A stretch of DNA of 40,073 bases from the NCBI GenBank assembly GCA_046483495.1, contig JAWODC010000079.1, positions 1 to 40,073 of the forward strand. Direction: 5' to 3'. Made by a program: the position numbers and the translations under genes. The notes beneath the pieces were generated by a model that was not told the origin of the DNA, searched no databases, and was given only the letters and a program-made list of their open reading frames with translations. Below are positions 27,358-37,494 of the stretch, one piece after another; the stretch's first letter is position 1, and each line of letters begins with the position of its first letter. The stretch comes from Desulfobacterales bacterium. GTDB lineage: Bacteria > Desulfobacterota > Desulfobacteria > Desulfobacterales > UBA5616.

Positions 27358-28659
27358 ATGTCGATAGAATTCAAGCTTCCGGATCCGGGCGAAGGTATCC
27401 AGGAGGCCGAAATCACGGAAGTCCTTGTATCCGAGGGTGATGAGGTCGAGGAGGAGCAGTCCGTGTTGGTTATTGAAACGGACAAGGCTTCCGTTGAAGT
27501 CCCTGCTCCGACTGCGGGCATAGTAAAAAAAATACATGTCAGTGCCGGTGACGTGGTCAAGGTGGGAGAAGTGTTGATGATCTTCGAGGAGGCAGACCAA
27601 GCCGGGAAAGAACCGGAAGAACGTGAAGAAGGAGAAGAATCGGAACCGGGCCGCGAAAAAGAAGAGGCAAAGGATAAAAAGCGGGAAGAGCCGGCCGAGA
27701 AGCGGGAAGAAGCAGCCGGAAAAGAAAGGCCGGTGCCCGCCACGCCATCGACACGCCGACTGGGCCGTGAACTCGGTATAGACCTGCACAAGGTGCCTGC
27801 AAGCGGTCCCCGGGGAAGGGTTACCGCCGAGGATGTCCAAACTTTTGCAAAAGAACAGAAAACAGCCCAAGGCGCCCTCGAGGAGACGACTGAAGCTGAA
27901 GCACCTTCGCCGGCTGCCCCGTCTCTACCCGATTTCACCCAATGGGGGCCGGTGGAGCGCCGGGCGTTGCGCTCGGTTCGACGCACCACTGCCAAACGGA
28001 TGCGTTTGGCCTGGTCTCAAATACCCCATGTCACCCACCAGGATGTCGCCGACATAACCGATATGGAAGCGTTTCGCCAAAAACACAAAACGGAAATAGA
28101 GCGCAAAGGAGGCGTCCTGACGCTGACCGCGTTCGTCCTTAAATCAACCGTAGCGGCTCTTAAATCCCATCCTCGGTTCAATGCCAGTATCGATATGAAA
28201 TCAGAAGAAATCATATTAAAAAAATATTACCACATAGGGGTGGCCGTTGATACCGAGAAAGGTTTGATTGTTCCGGTCATCCGGAACGTCGACCGCAAGA
28301 GCCTTACCGAGCTTGCTCTCGAGCTGTTCGAATTGGCCGAGAGAACCCGCAACGGCAAAACGAAACGCGAGGACATGACGGGTGGAACCTTTACCGTCAC
28401 CAACGTCGGTCCATTGGGGGGGACCGGATTTACACCTATCATTAACTATCCGCAGGTGGCCATTCTCGGACTCGCACGGGCGAAACTGCAGCCGGTTGTT
28501 TACGGCAGTATCGATGACAACGAAATCGTTCCTCGTCTATTGCTTCCGTTTGCGCTTGGTTTCGATCATCGCATCGTTGACGGTGCAGATGCGGCCCGTT
28601 TTGTCCGAATGATCATCGAGGTGCTTGAAAATCCGGAACGATTGATGATGACGATGTGA
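27358..28659 (+). CDS. pdhC: Dihydrolipoamide acyltransferase E2 with one lipoyl domain
   Basis: Lipoyl motif ETDKA, E3-binding ATPSTRRL..SGPRGRVT, catalytic DHRIVDG. Confidence 0.92.
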   Translation: MSIEFKLPDPGEGIQEAEITEVLVSEGDEVEEEQSVLVIETDKASVEVPAPTAGIVKKIHVSAGDVVKVGEVLMIFEEADQAGKEPEEREEGEESEPGREKEEAKDKKREEPAEKREEAAGKERPVPATPSTRRLGRELGIDLHKVPASGPRGRVTAEDVQTFAKEQKTAQGALEETTEAEAPSPAAPSLPDFTQWGPVERRALRSVRRTTAKRMRLAWSQIPHVTHQDVADITDMEAFRQKHKTEIERKGGVLTLTAFVLKSTVAALKSHPRFNASIDMKSEEIILKKYYHIGVAVDTEKGLIVPVIRNVDRKSLTELALELFELAERTRNGKTKREDMTGGTFTVTNVGPLGGTGFTPIINYPQVAILGLARAKLQPVVYGSIDDNEIVPRLLLPFALGFDHRIVDGADAARFVRMIIEVLENPERLMMTM

Positions 28660-28720
28660 GGACCATCGAACATCGCGCAAAGCATTCATCTGTTCGGAAT
28701 GCATGTGGAGACAGATTATT

Positions 28721-30160
28721 ATGGTAATGGGCGAATTTACGGAAGAGGCGGACGTTTTGATTATCGGCGGGGGGTCCGGCGGATACGCTGCGGCTTTCAG
28801 GGCTTCAGATCTGGGCAAAAAGGTAACCCTGGTGGATATAGAAAAACGCCCCGGAGGCGTATGTCTGTTCAGTGGCTGTATACCTTCAAAAACATACCTC
28901 TATGTTTCCGAGCTTATTCAGGAGACGCGGCAGGCGAAACAGATGGGGGTTTCATTTGGTGAACCCGAGATCGACCTCGCGGGGCTTAGAAAATGGAAGG
29001 ACAAGGTGGTTGACAAGCTGGCGAACGGCCTGGTCCATTTGAGTGAGAAGCGGGGGGTGCGCCTGATTCAGGGCAAAGCGGTTTTTGAAGGATCGGACAG
29101 GGTTCGTATTCTTGAATCCGAATCGGAAATCTCACATGTCAAATTTCGGCATGCCGTCATCGCCACAGGTTCTTTTGCCGCATCCCTGCCGAATATGACA
29201 TTTTCGGAGAAAAGCCGCATCATGAACTCCAGCGCTGCTCTGGCTCTTCCGGATATTCCTGAGACCATGCTCGTCATCGGCGGCGGTTATGTAGGTGTTG
29301 AAATGGGGTCGGTATATGCATCCCTGGGCAGTCGCGTTACCATGGTGGAAATGGCCGACAGGATTATGTCCTCGGCTGATGCCGATATGGTCGACATTTT
29401 AATGAAGAAGCTGAACCGGCTCTTTGAAAACATCCATACCGGCAGCCGAATCGAAAACCTCGAAGAATCGGAAAACAAGGTGAAGGTAACATTCGCCGGC
29501 AACGGGAATGAAGGCGAACGCTCTTTTGACCGCGTTCTGGTCGCTATCGGCCGGCGCCCCAACACCGAAAACCTGGGACTGGAAAACACCCGTGTTCAAA
29601 CCGATGAAAAGGGATTTATCATTGTGGACGAAACGATGCGCACCGGGGATGACAACATCTATGCAATCGGCGATGCGGTAGGGGGAATGATGCTGGCCCA
29701 CAAGGCCAGGTATGAAGGAAAGGTGGCCGTGGAAGTTATTGCAGGAGAGCCTTCAGCCTACGATGTTCGGGCAATACCCGCTGTGGTATACACGGACCCG
29801 CAGCTCGCATGGTGCGGATTGACCCAACAGGAAGCAGAGGCCATAAACCGCCGGGTCAAAATTTCCCGTTTTCCATGGAAGGCTTCCGGCAGGGCTGCCT
29901 CCATGGGCCTTTCAGATGGCATGACCAAAATCATCGTCGATGATGAAACCGGGCGGGTATTGGGTATGGGTATCGTGGGCAAAGAGGCCGGTGAAATGAT
30001 AGCTGAGGGGGTTTTGGCCGTTGAATTGGGTGCCTTGGCCGAAGATTTGGCCTTGACCGTACATCCCCATCCGACCCTTTCCGAAGGTGAAGAAGAAGCC
30101 GCCGAAGCCTTTTTGGGCAGTTCGACCCATATTCTTCCCCGGAAAAGGCGATCGAAATGA
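28721..30160 (+). CDS. lpdA: Dihydrolipoyl dehydrogenase E3
   Basis: GGGSGGY, GGVCLFSGCIPSK, LAHKA, HPHPTLSE; ATG 28721 follows GGAG. Confidence 0.95.
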   Translation: MVMGEFTEEADVLIIGGGSGGYAAAFRASDLGKKVTLVDIEKRPGGVCLFSGCIPSKTYLYVSELIQETRQAKQMGVSFGEPEIDLAGLRKWKDKVVDKLANGLVHLSEKRGVRLIQGKAVFEGSDRVRILESESEISHVKFRHAVIATGSFAASLPNMTFSEKSRIMNSSAALALPDIPETMLVIGGGYVGVEMGSVYASLGSRVTMVEMADRIMSSADADMVDILMKKLNRLFENIHTGSRIENLEESENKVKVTFAGNGNEGERSFDRVLVAIGRRPNTENLGLENTRVQTDEKGFIIVDETMRTGDDNIYAIGDAVGGMMLAHKARYEGKVAVEVIAGEPSAYDVRAIPAVVYTDPQLAWCGLTQQEAEAINRRVKISRFPWKASGRAASMGLSDGMTKIIVDDETGRVLGMGIVGKEAGEMIAEGVLAVELGALAEDLALTVHPHPTLSEGEEEAAEAFLGSSTHILPRKRRSK

Positions 30161-31056
30161 TCGAAAAAGATGATGGTCCCAAACGTGATTCGTGCCGAAA
30201 ATCCAAACCGGAATGGCTCAGGGTAAAACTGACGTCGGGCAAACATTATTTTCGCCTCAAACAAATGATTCGCGAAACGTCATTGCATACGGTATGTGAA
30301 GAAGCCCATTGCCCGAATATGGCCGAATGCTGGAGCCGGGGCACGGCTACATTTATGATTTTAGGAAATACGTGCACCCGAAACTGCACGTTTTGCGCTG
30401 TAAAGGGCGGGGTACCCGAACCGGAAGATCCTGGTGAACCGCGGCGGATTGCCGGAGCGGTCGATTCCATGAAGCTGAGCCATGCCGTCATTACTTCGGT
30501 TACCCGTGATGACTTGCGTGACGGAGGAGCCTCGATGTTTGCTGAAACCATTGCGCAAATCCGGACCCGTGTTTTCGGGTGTACTGTAGAAGTGCTGATT
30601 CCGGATTTCAAAGGGGACATTCATGCACTGAAAAAAGTGATTGAATCGCAACCCGAAATACTGGGGCATAACCTGGAAACCGTCCCGCGCCTGTATCAGG
30701 AAATAAGAACCGGGGCACACTACAACCGCTCTTTGGAAATATTACAGACCACCAAACAAGAATCCCCGAACATCCTTATCAAGTCGGGTATTATGGTGGG
30801 CCTTGGAGAAAAGCCGGAGGAATTGAGAGCCGCAATGACCCATTTAAGAGAGGCGGGTTGCGACCTGATTACCATAGGTCAATATCTGCAGCCGACCAGA
30901 AGGCACCGTCGGGTTTTCCGCTACTATACACCCGAGGAATTCGAGCGCCTGAAGCGATCCGCACAGGATGCCGGTTTTCTCGGGATAAAATCAGGACCGC
31001 TCGTCCGCAGTTCCTATCATGCCGAAGAAATCCTTCGCGACCTACAGCACATTTGA
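30157..31056 (+). CDS. lipA: Lipoyl synthase
   Basis: KPEWL, CEEAHCPNMAEC, CTRNCTFC, HNLETV, GQYLQP, RSSYHA. Confidence 0.96.
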   Translation: MIEKDDGPKRDSCRKSKPEWLRVKLTSGKHYFRLKQMIRETSLHTVCEEAHCPNMAECWSRGTATFMILGNTCTRNCTFCAVKGGVPEPEDPGEPRRIAGAVDSMKLSHAVITSVTRDDLRDGGASMFAETIAQIRTRVFGCTVEVLIPDFKGDIHALKKVIESQPEILGHNLETVPRLYQEIRTGAHYNRSLEILQTTKQESPNILIKSGIMVGLGEKPEELRAAMTHLREAGCDLITIGQYLQPTRRHRRVFRYYTPEEFERLKRSAQDAGFLGIKSGPLVRSSYHAEEILRDLQHI

Positions 31057-31148
31057 AAAGGGCTTCAATGTTTTTTGGGGACGATATCATGGTACCACCG
31101 GTGAAATGTGTGCTGAATCGTACCGGAGAAATTTATGTAGACGGTGTT

Positions 31149-32750
31149 TTATTGACACTCACGGAACTTGAAAAAATGAATTTCCGGCCATTTTTCGGTC
31201 GTGTAGTTGAGCTGCCATTCGTTTTGGGCCAGGTAGGTCAGATTACCTTCCGCATCCCGGAATAGGTTGGACCGGCGCTCCTTTTCGAAGGCGGCAAGCA
31301 CTTTTTTATCATTACAGCGTATCCATCGGGCGGCGGCAAAATCCACCGGTTCATAGACGGCATCAACCCCGTATTCGGCCTTGAGTCGCGCCATGGTAAC
31401 CTCGAATTGCAAAACCCCCACAGCCCCCAGAATCAGAGCGTTTCCCATCATCGGATGGAACAGTTGGATCGCGCCTTCCTCGACCAGCTGGTGAACGCCT
31501 TTTTGAAGTTGTTTCATCTTCAGCGGGGATTTGAGCCTCACCCGGCGGAAATGCTCCGGGGCGAAATTCGGTATGCCGGTGAAATTGAGCGGTTCCTTTT
31601 CCGAGAACGTATCCCCGATCCGGATAGTGCCGTGGTTGTGGATGCCGATAATGTCACCCGGCCAGGCTTCCTCTACAACGGCGCGGTCCTGGGCCATGAA
31701 GATGATCGGATTGGCGATCTGGATGTCTTTGCCGGTGCGGTGGTGACGCACCCGCATGCCCCGCTGGAAGCGGCCCGAGCAGATCCGCAGAAAAGCGATC
31801 CGATCCCGGTGGGCCGGGTTCATATTGGCCTGAACCTTGAATACGAATCCGGAAAATTCATCCTCCTCCGGCAACACCACGCGTGAGACCGCCGACCGCG
31901 GCATTGGCGCAGGGGCGATCTCCACGAACGTGTCGAGCAATTCGCGCACGCCGAAGTTGTTGATAGCGCTGCCGAAAAAAACCGGGGTCTGGCTGCCTTT
32001 TAGAAATTCCTGCAGGTCGAAGGGATCGGCCGCGCCTTCGATAAGGGCGGTGTCCTCGCGCAGTTCGTCGGCCTGGCTGCCCAGCCGCTCATCGAGAAGG
32101 GGATCGTCCAGGTCCTGGATTGTGAGCACCTTGTCGGTCAATCGATCCTGGCCCGGTGTAAATAACATCAACTCCTTACGATGAATGTTGTAAGTCCCTT
32201 TGAAGCGTTTTCCCATGCCGATGGGCCAGGAAAGGGGGGCGCATTCGATCTGCAGCGTCTCCTCGATATCACTCAGGATGTCCAGCGGCGACATGCCTTC
32301 GCGATCCAGCTTGTTGATGAAGGTCAATATCGGCGTGTTGCGCATACGGCAGACCTCCATCAGCTTGCGGGTCTGGGGCTCCACACCTTTGACGCTGTCG
32401 ATGACCATGACCGCGCTGTCCACGGCGGTGAGCACCCGGTACGTGTCTTCGGAAAAATCCTGGTGGCCGGGGGTGTCGAGGAGGTTGATTTCAAAATCAC
32501 GGTAGTTGAACTTCATCACAGAACTGGTGACCGAAATGCCGCGCTCCTGCTCGATGGCCATCCAGTCGCTGGCGGCATGCCTGGCCGCCTTTCGGGCCTT
32601 GACCGATCCGGCCATCTGAATGGCTCCGCCGAAGAGCAGCAGTTTTTCGGTCAGAGTGGTCTTGCCGGCGTCCGGATGACTGATGATGCCGAACGTGCGC
32701 CGGCGGTCCACTTCCGGCTTGCAAACGTTATTTGTAGTATGGGTGTTCAT
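31149..32750 (-). CDS. prfC: Peptide chain release factor 3
   Basis: [45 protein letters not shown]; likely start MNTHTT at 32750. Confidence 0.96.
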   Translation of the reverse strand: MNTHTTNNVCKPEVDRRRTFGIISHPDAGKTTLTEKLLLFGGAIQMAGSVKARKAARHAASDWMAIEQERGISVTSSVMKFNYRDFEINLLDTPGHQDFSEDTYRVLTAVDSAVMVIDSVKGVEPQTRKLMEVCRMRNTPILTFINKLDREGMSPLDILSDIEETLQIECAPLSWPIGMGKRFKGTYNIHRKELMLFTPGQDRLTDKVLTIQDLDDPLLDERLGSQADELREDTALIEGAADPFDLQEFLKGSQTPVFFGSAINNFGVRELLDTFVEIAPAPMPRSAVSRVVLPEEDEFSGFVFKVQANMNPAHRDRIAFLRICSGRFQRGMRVRHHRTGKDIQIANPIIFMAQDRAVVEEAWPGDIIGIHNHGTIRIGDTFSEKEPLNFTGIPNFAPEHFRRVRLKSPLKMKQLQKGVHQLVEEGAIQLFHPMMGNALILGAVGVLQFEVTMARLKAEYGVDAVYEPVDFAAARWIRCNDKKVLAAFEKERRSNLFRDAEGNLTYLAQNEWQLNYTTEKWPEIHFFKFRECQ

Positions 32751-33305
32751 TATTCTAATGCCATTTATCCTTTTTTTGGAAACAGGCCACGGCAGCGCAG
32801 CCTTCAGTATCCGGCCGAAAATGTTCACCATGCCGGAACCCTTGAATTCGGCCAACGCCGATATCAGTGCTCGATGCCTTAATCATATCGCTGGCTGGGC
32901 CGGTGAAATCGCGGACTTTATTATCCGGTTTGATTTACAGAACGAGCAGTCGGATACACCGCTTCTCGTTTAGGGAAGGCGCGTTGCTGGAAAAGATGGT
33001 GAAATCTAATCGGGGGTGTGCAGCTGGAGCCCCGCCGTTTTTTTCTCGGATATCATGACAATCCTCAAGGCGGGGTCAGACGGAAAAAGATAGGGTTGGG
33101 CGCGATATTTTGCAAGGCTGCCGCAACTGACGCATGCCGGCCGGATTTTTTCGATTTCATTCTGTCATTCCATTCATCACTCATGAGGCGTTGTTTTTAT
33201 AATTCCATCTCCCGGATGTCAAGCATAAAAATACGGATGGGCACGGGTTAATTCATTTTGGCCGGTATAATTGTGGTGATGCCGAAAATAGTTGTTTTTC
33301 CCGGT

Positions 33306-33998
33306 TCAGGTCTGTTTAAGAGAGCTTCTTACGTTCCCGGATTTGACGAACAGGACCCCCTTGTTTTGCATATCTTCAATTGCTTTTTCCACGCTGTCCG
33401 GCGGGGATCCTACCGGATAGGTCAAATCGCTGAGATAGAAAACTTCATACCCCTTTTCGGCCCCGTCTGCAGCCGTGAAATAGGCGCAATAATCCGCTGC
33501 AAGACCGCAGATAAAAATCCTCTTCACGCCTCGATTGTGGAGATATCCGTCCAAACCGGTTTCGGTTTTATGGTCGTTTTCCAAAAAACCGGAGTAGCTG
33601 TCGATTGCTGTATGGTACCCCTTCCGTATGATGGCTTCTGCAAACCGGATATCCAAATCGGGATGGAACTCGGCCCCGCCGGTTCCTTGAACAACATGGT
33701 CAGGCCATAGTACGGGACCGATTCCCGGTTCTTCATGGGGATCGAAGGGTTTTTTTCCAGGGTGTTGGCCGGCGAAACTTCGATGGTCGGGAGGATGCCA
33801 GTCCTGCGTGAATACAATCGGAAAATCGTGCGGCTTGAACAGCGTCATCAATGCATTGACGCGATCCACGAAGGAGTCGCCTTGGTCAACGGGGAGGGCC
33901 CCTCCCGGCATGAAATCGTTTTGAATATCGACTACAATAAGGGCATCCCCCTTTCGTAATTCCACGGAATCAAGATGATGAATACCTTTCAGTTCCAT
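33306..33998 (-). CDS. pncA: Nicotinamidase/pyrazinamidase
   Basis: VDIQNDFMPGGAL, DWHP..H, WPDHVVQGT, RKG, DSYSGF, GLAADYC. Confidence 0.93.
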   Translation of the reverse strand: MELKGIHHLDSVELRKGDALIVVDIQNDFMPGGALPVDQGDSFVDRVNALMTLFKPHDFPIVFTQDWHPPDHRSFAGQHPGKKPFDPHEEPGIGPVLWPDHVVQGTGGAEFHPDLDIRFAEAIIRKGYHTAIDSYSGFLENDHKTETGLDGYLHNRGVKRIFICGLAADYCAYFTAADGAEKGYEVFYLSDLTYPVGSPPDSVEKAIEDMQNKGVLFVKSGNVRSSLKQT

Positions 33999-34058
33999 AA
34001 TTCACCTCACTTTTTCGGGTTTGCATCCCGTAAAACCATCCGGATTATGCCGCCGATT

Positions 34059-34853
34059 TCACTTCAACGTCTGCCTTTCCATGTCGGGCCGGTATGTGAG
34101 ACAGAATCGTTCGGTGATCGGCAGAAGGTCGGCTGCAAGCAGTTTCTTGACCTTTTCGGTAATATGACCTGCAACGGGGCCGTAGTATGCTTCGGCGATG
34201 CCGCCTGCGATACAGGCAAGCGTATCGCTGTCGCCTCCCAGGGAAACGGCATTACGGACGGTGTCCTCATAACCGTCGGCTTCCAGAAAGGAAATGATCG
34301 CTTCGGGCACCGTGCCCCGGCAGGAAACATCAAAGCCGTAGGACGGCCGGATACGATCCACTGTGCGATCGAGATCGTAACCGAATCTTTCGATGATTTC
34401 CCGTTTAATCCATTCCTTGTTCCGTGTCGTCCTGGCCAGGAAAACGGATAAGGCAGTGGCCTGGGCGCCTTTGATCCCTTCGGGGTGGTTGTGCGAAATT
34501 TCCGCTGTCCGGGCTGCCTCCCTCAAAACGTCATCGACGGCGTCAAAGGCCCACCCCACAGGACTGACCCGCATGGCCGAACCGTTGCCCCAGCTGTTGT
34601 AGGGCTGGGGATCACCGGAGGAGAGCCAGAGAATAAAACTTCCCCCGTATCCGGCATGGGGATGACGCCGGCCGATTTCCCATATCCACCGGCGGTAATC
34701 GCCATCGGTCAAAATCGCCTGGGCCACCGCGATCGTCAGCACGGAATCGTCAGTGAAGCGGCACCGGGGATGAAAAAGGGGAAAATCCTTGGTCTTGATG
34801 GGATGGGCTTCGTATACCGAGCCGATAATATCGCCTGCAATAGCACCGATCAT
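34059..34853 (-). CDS. ADP-ribosylglycohydrolase family protein
   Basis: GAIAGDIIGS, FTDDS, GNGSAMRVSP, SHNH, GGDSDT. Confidence 0.93.
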   Translation of the reverse strand: MIGAIAGDIIGSVYEAHPIKTKDFPLFHPRCRFTDDSVLTIAVAQAILTDGDYRRWIWEIGRRHPHAGYGGSFILWLSSGDPQPYNSWGNGSAMRVSPVGWAFDAVDDVLREAARTAEISHNHPEGIKGAQATALSVFLARTTRNKEWIKREIIERFGYDLDRTVDRIRPSYGFDVSCRGTVPEAIISFLEADGYEDTVRNAVSLGGDSDTLACIAGGIAEAYYGPVAGHITEKVKKLLAADLLPITERFCLTYRPDMERQTLK

Positions 34854-35459
34854 TCGATTTCCTCCCGTTTATATATTGCCGATTTTGCCGTAATAATAAC
34901 GTTTTTTTGCCGACTCAATGCAGTTTTACTTTTGCGGCTTATGCAGGTGTTGATCACTTCGCCGGCTGTTATCCGACATCATCTGCGCTGCTTCTTCAAC
35001 CTTCATAATTATGACACAGTCTATAATAAGCGTGAAGCGATCGATTAGCAATGGGGGTTCTACCGTATTCCATAGAAGCAAGCCGGTCGAAGGTATCGTC
35101 TTGCTTTGATTCCATGTATCGCTTTTCTTCATCGGTATCGAAATCGGAATCAATTTTTTAATCGCCAAATTACCACTAGACGTCTTACGGCTTGGGATGC
35201 CAAACCCGTCAGGTCGGATGGCGGATATTTTCCAATATGCGGTCGATCTCAATCTATGATATATAACCGGGAAACGAACTGAAAAGAATGGATTCATGAT
35301 GACAGCGAAAATCGACTCGTTCAATTGGCACCAGGCCTGGATGTATTCTACCTCAAGATTCCGGATCAAAAACGTTTGCGGCATCGTAAAAAATTCAAGA
35401 AAATGCTGCACTGGAAGAGAACCTGCATAATTTAAATCGGGAAAAAAGGGGAGGAGCCT

Positions 35460-35957
35460 GTGGTGAAAGACAAGTATTATGAAGGATTATCTATAAGGCA
35501 TGTCGAGGACAGAATGATAAGCACCCTGAACAAGGTAATTCGCGTGGGGATAAGAGCCCTTGCGATTCTGATGACCCTCGTGATCCTCTGGGGAATCGGT
35601 GATGTCGTGTGGGTCATTTATCGGCATATTGTGGAGCCTCCTTTTATGATTTTGAAAATTCAGGACATCCTGGAGACCTTCGGTGCATTTCTCGCAGTAC
35701 TCATCGCCATTGAGATTTTTCTGAATATAACCCTTTATTTGAGGGAAGATGTTATCCACGTGAAACTGGTGGTTGCCACGGCACTTATGGCGATTGCAAG
35801 AAAAGTGATTGTGTTTGACTACACCACCATGTCTTATCAACATGTGATGGCTACCGGTATTGTGGTCCTGGCGCTCGGGGCCACCTATTTTCTCATTTTA
35901 AGGAAAGAACCAAAAGAGACCCCGCACGAAGAAGCATTAGATACTATGCATCTTTAG
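35460..35957 (+). CDS. PsiE-family membrane protein
   Basis: FGAFLAVLIAIEIF and VVATALMAIARKVIVFD; four transmembrane segments; GTG start follows GGAGGAG. Confidence 0.85.
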   Translation: MVKDKYYEGLSIRHVEDRMISTLNKVIRVGIRALAILMTLVILWGIGDVVWVIYRHIVEPPFMILKIQDILETFGAFLAVLIAIEIFLNITLYLREDVIHVKLVVATALMAIARKVIVFDYTTMSYQHVMATGIVVLALGATYFLILRKEPKETPHEEALDTMHL

Positions 35958-36114
35958 TTTTGATTTTTTGGCAAAGTTATTGGATTGGAAATTCAATTCT
36001 CCATCCCTTGTTCAAAGTCATCCGAAAAGCAGTAATTTTCGGCGATCGGCATCTCTTGCATACGGGGAAAGCTGATGAGGAATTTCGTGAGGATGTCCTT
36101 TGCGCGGATCGAGT

Positions 36115-37494
36115 TCAGTTGCCGATTTCCTTATCCAGGCATTCATTCACCACTTCCGGGGAGAGGTCGGGTTCGGCGGCGGCGGTTTCGCGGATGGTTT
36201 TGCCGGTGCGGTGCGCTTTTTGGGCGATTTCGGCGGCGCGATCGTAACCGATGCGTGGAACCAGGTAGGTGGCCAGGGCAAGGCTTTTTTCGAGTTCCGC
36301 CTTGCAGGCGTCCGCGTCTGCCCGGAGGCCCGCTACGCATTTTTCGGCGAAAGCCCCGGCGGCGCCCGCCATAATAGCGATGGATTGGAGCAGGTTGTGG
36401 GCGATGAGCGGGACGGCTGCATTCAATTCGAAGTACCCCCCCTGAACGCCAAGCGTTATCGCAGACGTATTTCCGATGACCTGGTAGCCGACCTGGATGA
36501 CGGCTTCCGGAATCACCGGGTTGATTTTGCCAGGCATGATCGATGACCCGGGCTGCAGTTCCGGAAGGATGAGTTCACCGATGCCGCATCGTGGGCCGGA
36601 TGCGGCCAACCGGATATCGTTGGCGATCTTGATCAGTCCCGCCGCCGTCGTATTCAACACCCCGGCGACTTCGGCGGCGGCATCCCGGGCGGATTGAGCC
36701 TCGAAATGATCCGCCGCCTCAAAAAACCGCCATCCGGTTTCGCCGGAAATTTTTTCAATGACCCTCCGGGCGAATTCCGGGTGGGTGTTGACGCCGGTGC
36801 CAACGGCGGTTCCACCGAGTGCCAGTTCCGACAGACGGTCTAAGGGACCCGAAAGCCTGTCCTTTCCCAGTTCCACCTGCCGGGCGTATCCCATAAAAAC
36901 CCTTCCTAATCCGACGGGAAGGGCATCCTGCAGGTGGGTGCGGCCGATTTTCTGCACAATGGCAAATTCATCGGCTTTTTCCAAAAAGCGGCTCTTCAGC
37001 AGATCGAGCGCCGGCAAGAGCCGGTTGCGGATCTCGAGCACGGCCGATATATGCAGTGCGGAGGGGATCACGTCATTGCTCGATTGCCCCATGTTGACGT
37101 GATCGTTCGGGTGAACCGGCGATTTCGTCCGCCTCAGGCCGGTGATGATTTCGTTGGCCCGTGTCGCCACAACTTCGTTCATGTTCATGTTGGTGGACGT
37201 GCCGGAACCGGTTTGGAAGACATCTACAATGAACTGGCTGTTCATCTTTCCTGCATGCACTTCCCGCGCGGCGCGAGCGATCGGTCCGGCTGAATCGGGC
37301 GCCAGAAGCCCGAGATCCCGGTTCACCTCGGCGGCGAACCGCTTGATCGAGGCCAGTGCTGCAATCAGCGGCCCAGGCATTCGGATGCCGCTGATGGAAA
37401 AATTGTCGGCCGCCCGTTTGGTTTGTGCACCGTAATATGCCCTTCCGGGGATTTTTACCTCTCCCAGGCTGTCCTTTTCCGTTCTATACGACAT
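36115..37494 (-). CDS. fumC: Class II fumarate hydratase
   Basis: RTEKDSLG, FQTGSGTSTNMN, GQSSND, GRTHLQDA, GSSIMPGKINP; start MSYRTE follows AGAGGA. Confidence 0.93.
   Translation of the reverse strand: MSYRTEKDSLGEVKIPGRAYYGAQTKRAADNFSISGIRMPGPLIAALASIKRFAAEVNRDLGLLAPDSAGPIARAAREVHAGKMNSQFIVDVFQTGSGTSTNMNMNEVVATRANEIITGLRRTKSPVHPNDHVNMGQSSNDVIPSALHISAVLEIRNRLLPALDLLKSRFLEKADEFAIVQKIGRTHLQDALPVGLGRVFMGYARQVELGKDRLSGPLDRLSELALGGTAVGTGVNTHPEFARRVIEKISGETGWRFFEAADHFEAQSARDAAAEVAGVLNTTAAGLIKIANDIRLAASGPRCGIGELILPELQPGSSIMPGKINPVIPEAVIQVGYQVIGNTSAITLGVQGGYFELNAAVPLIAHNLLQSIAIMAGAAGAFAEKCVAGLRADADACKAELEKSLALATYLVPRIGYDRAAEIAQKAHRTGKTIRETAAAEPDLSPEVVNECLDKEIGN

Noticed and set aside
27590..27730. 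Purine-rich repeats (AAGCGGGAAGA twice) as a repeat array
   Set aside because: They encode the charged flexible linker of E2 and show no regular repeat-spacer structure.
32751..33305. Riboswitch or ncRNA upstream of prfC
   Set aside because: Only weak GC hairpins; no conserved aptamer motif that I can recognise.
34926..35411. 161-aa minus-strand ORF
   Set aside because: No family motif, no clear RBS and atypical composition.
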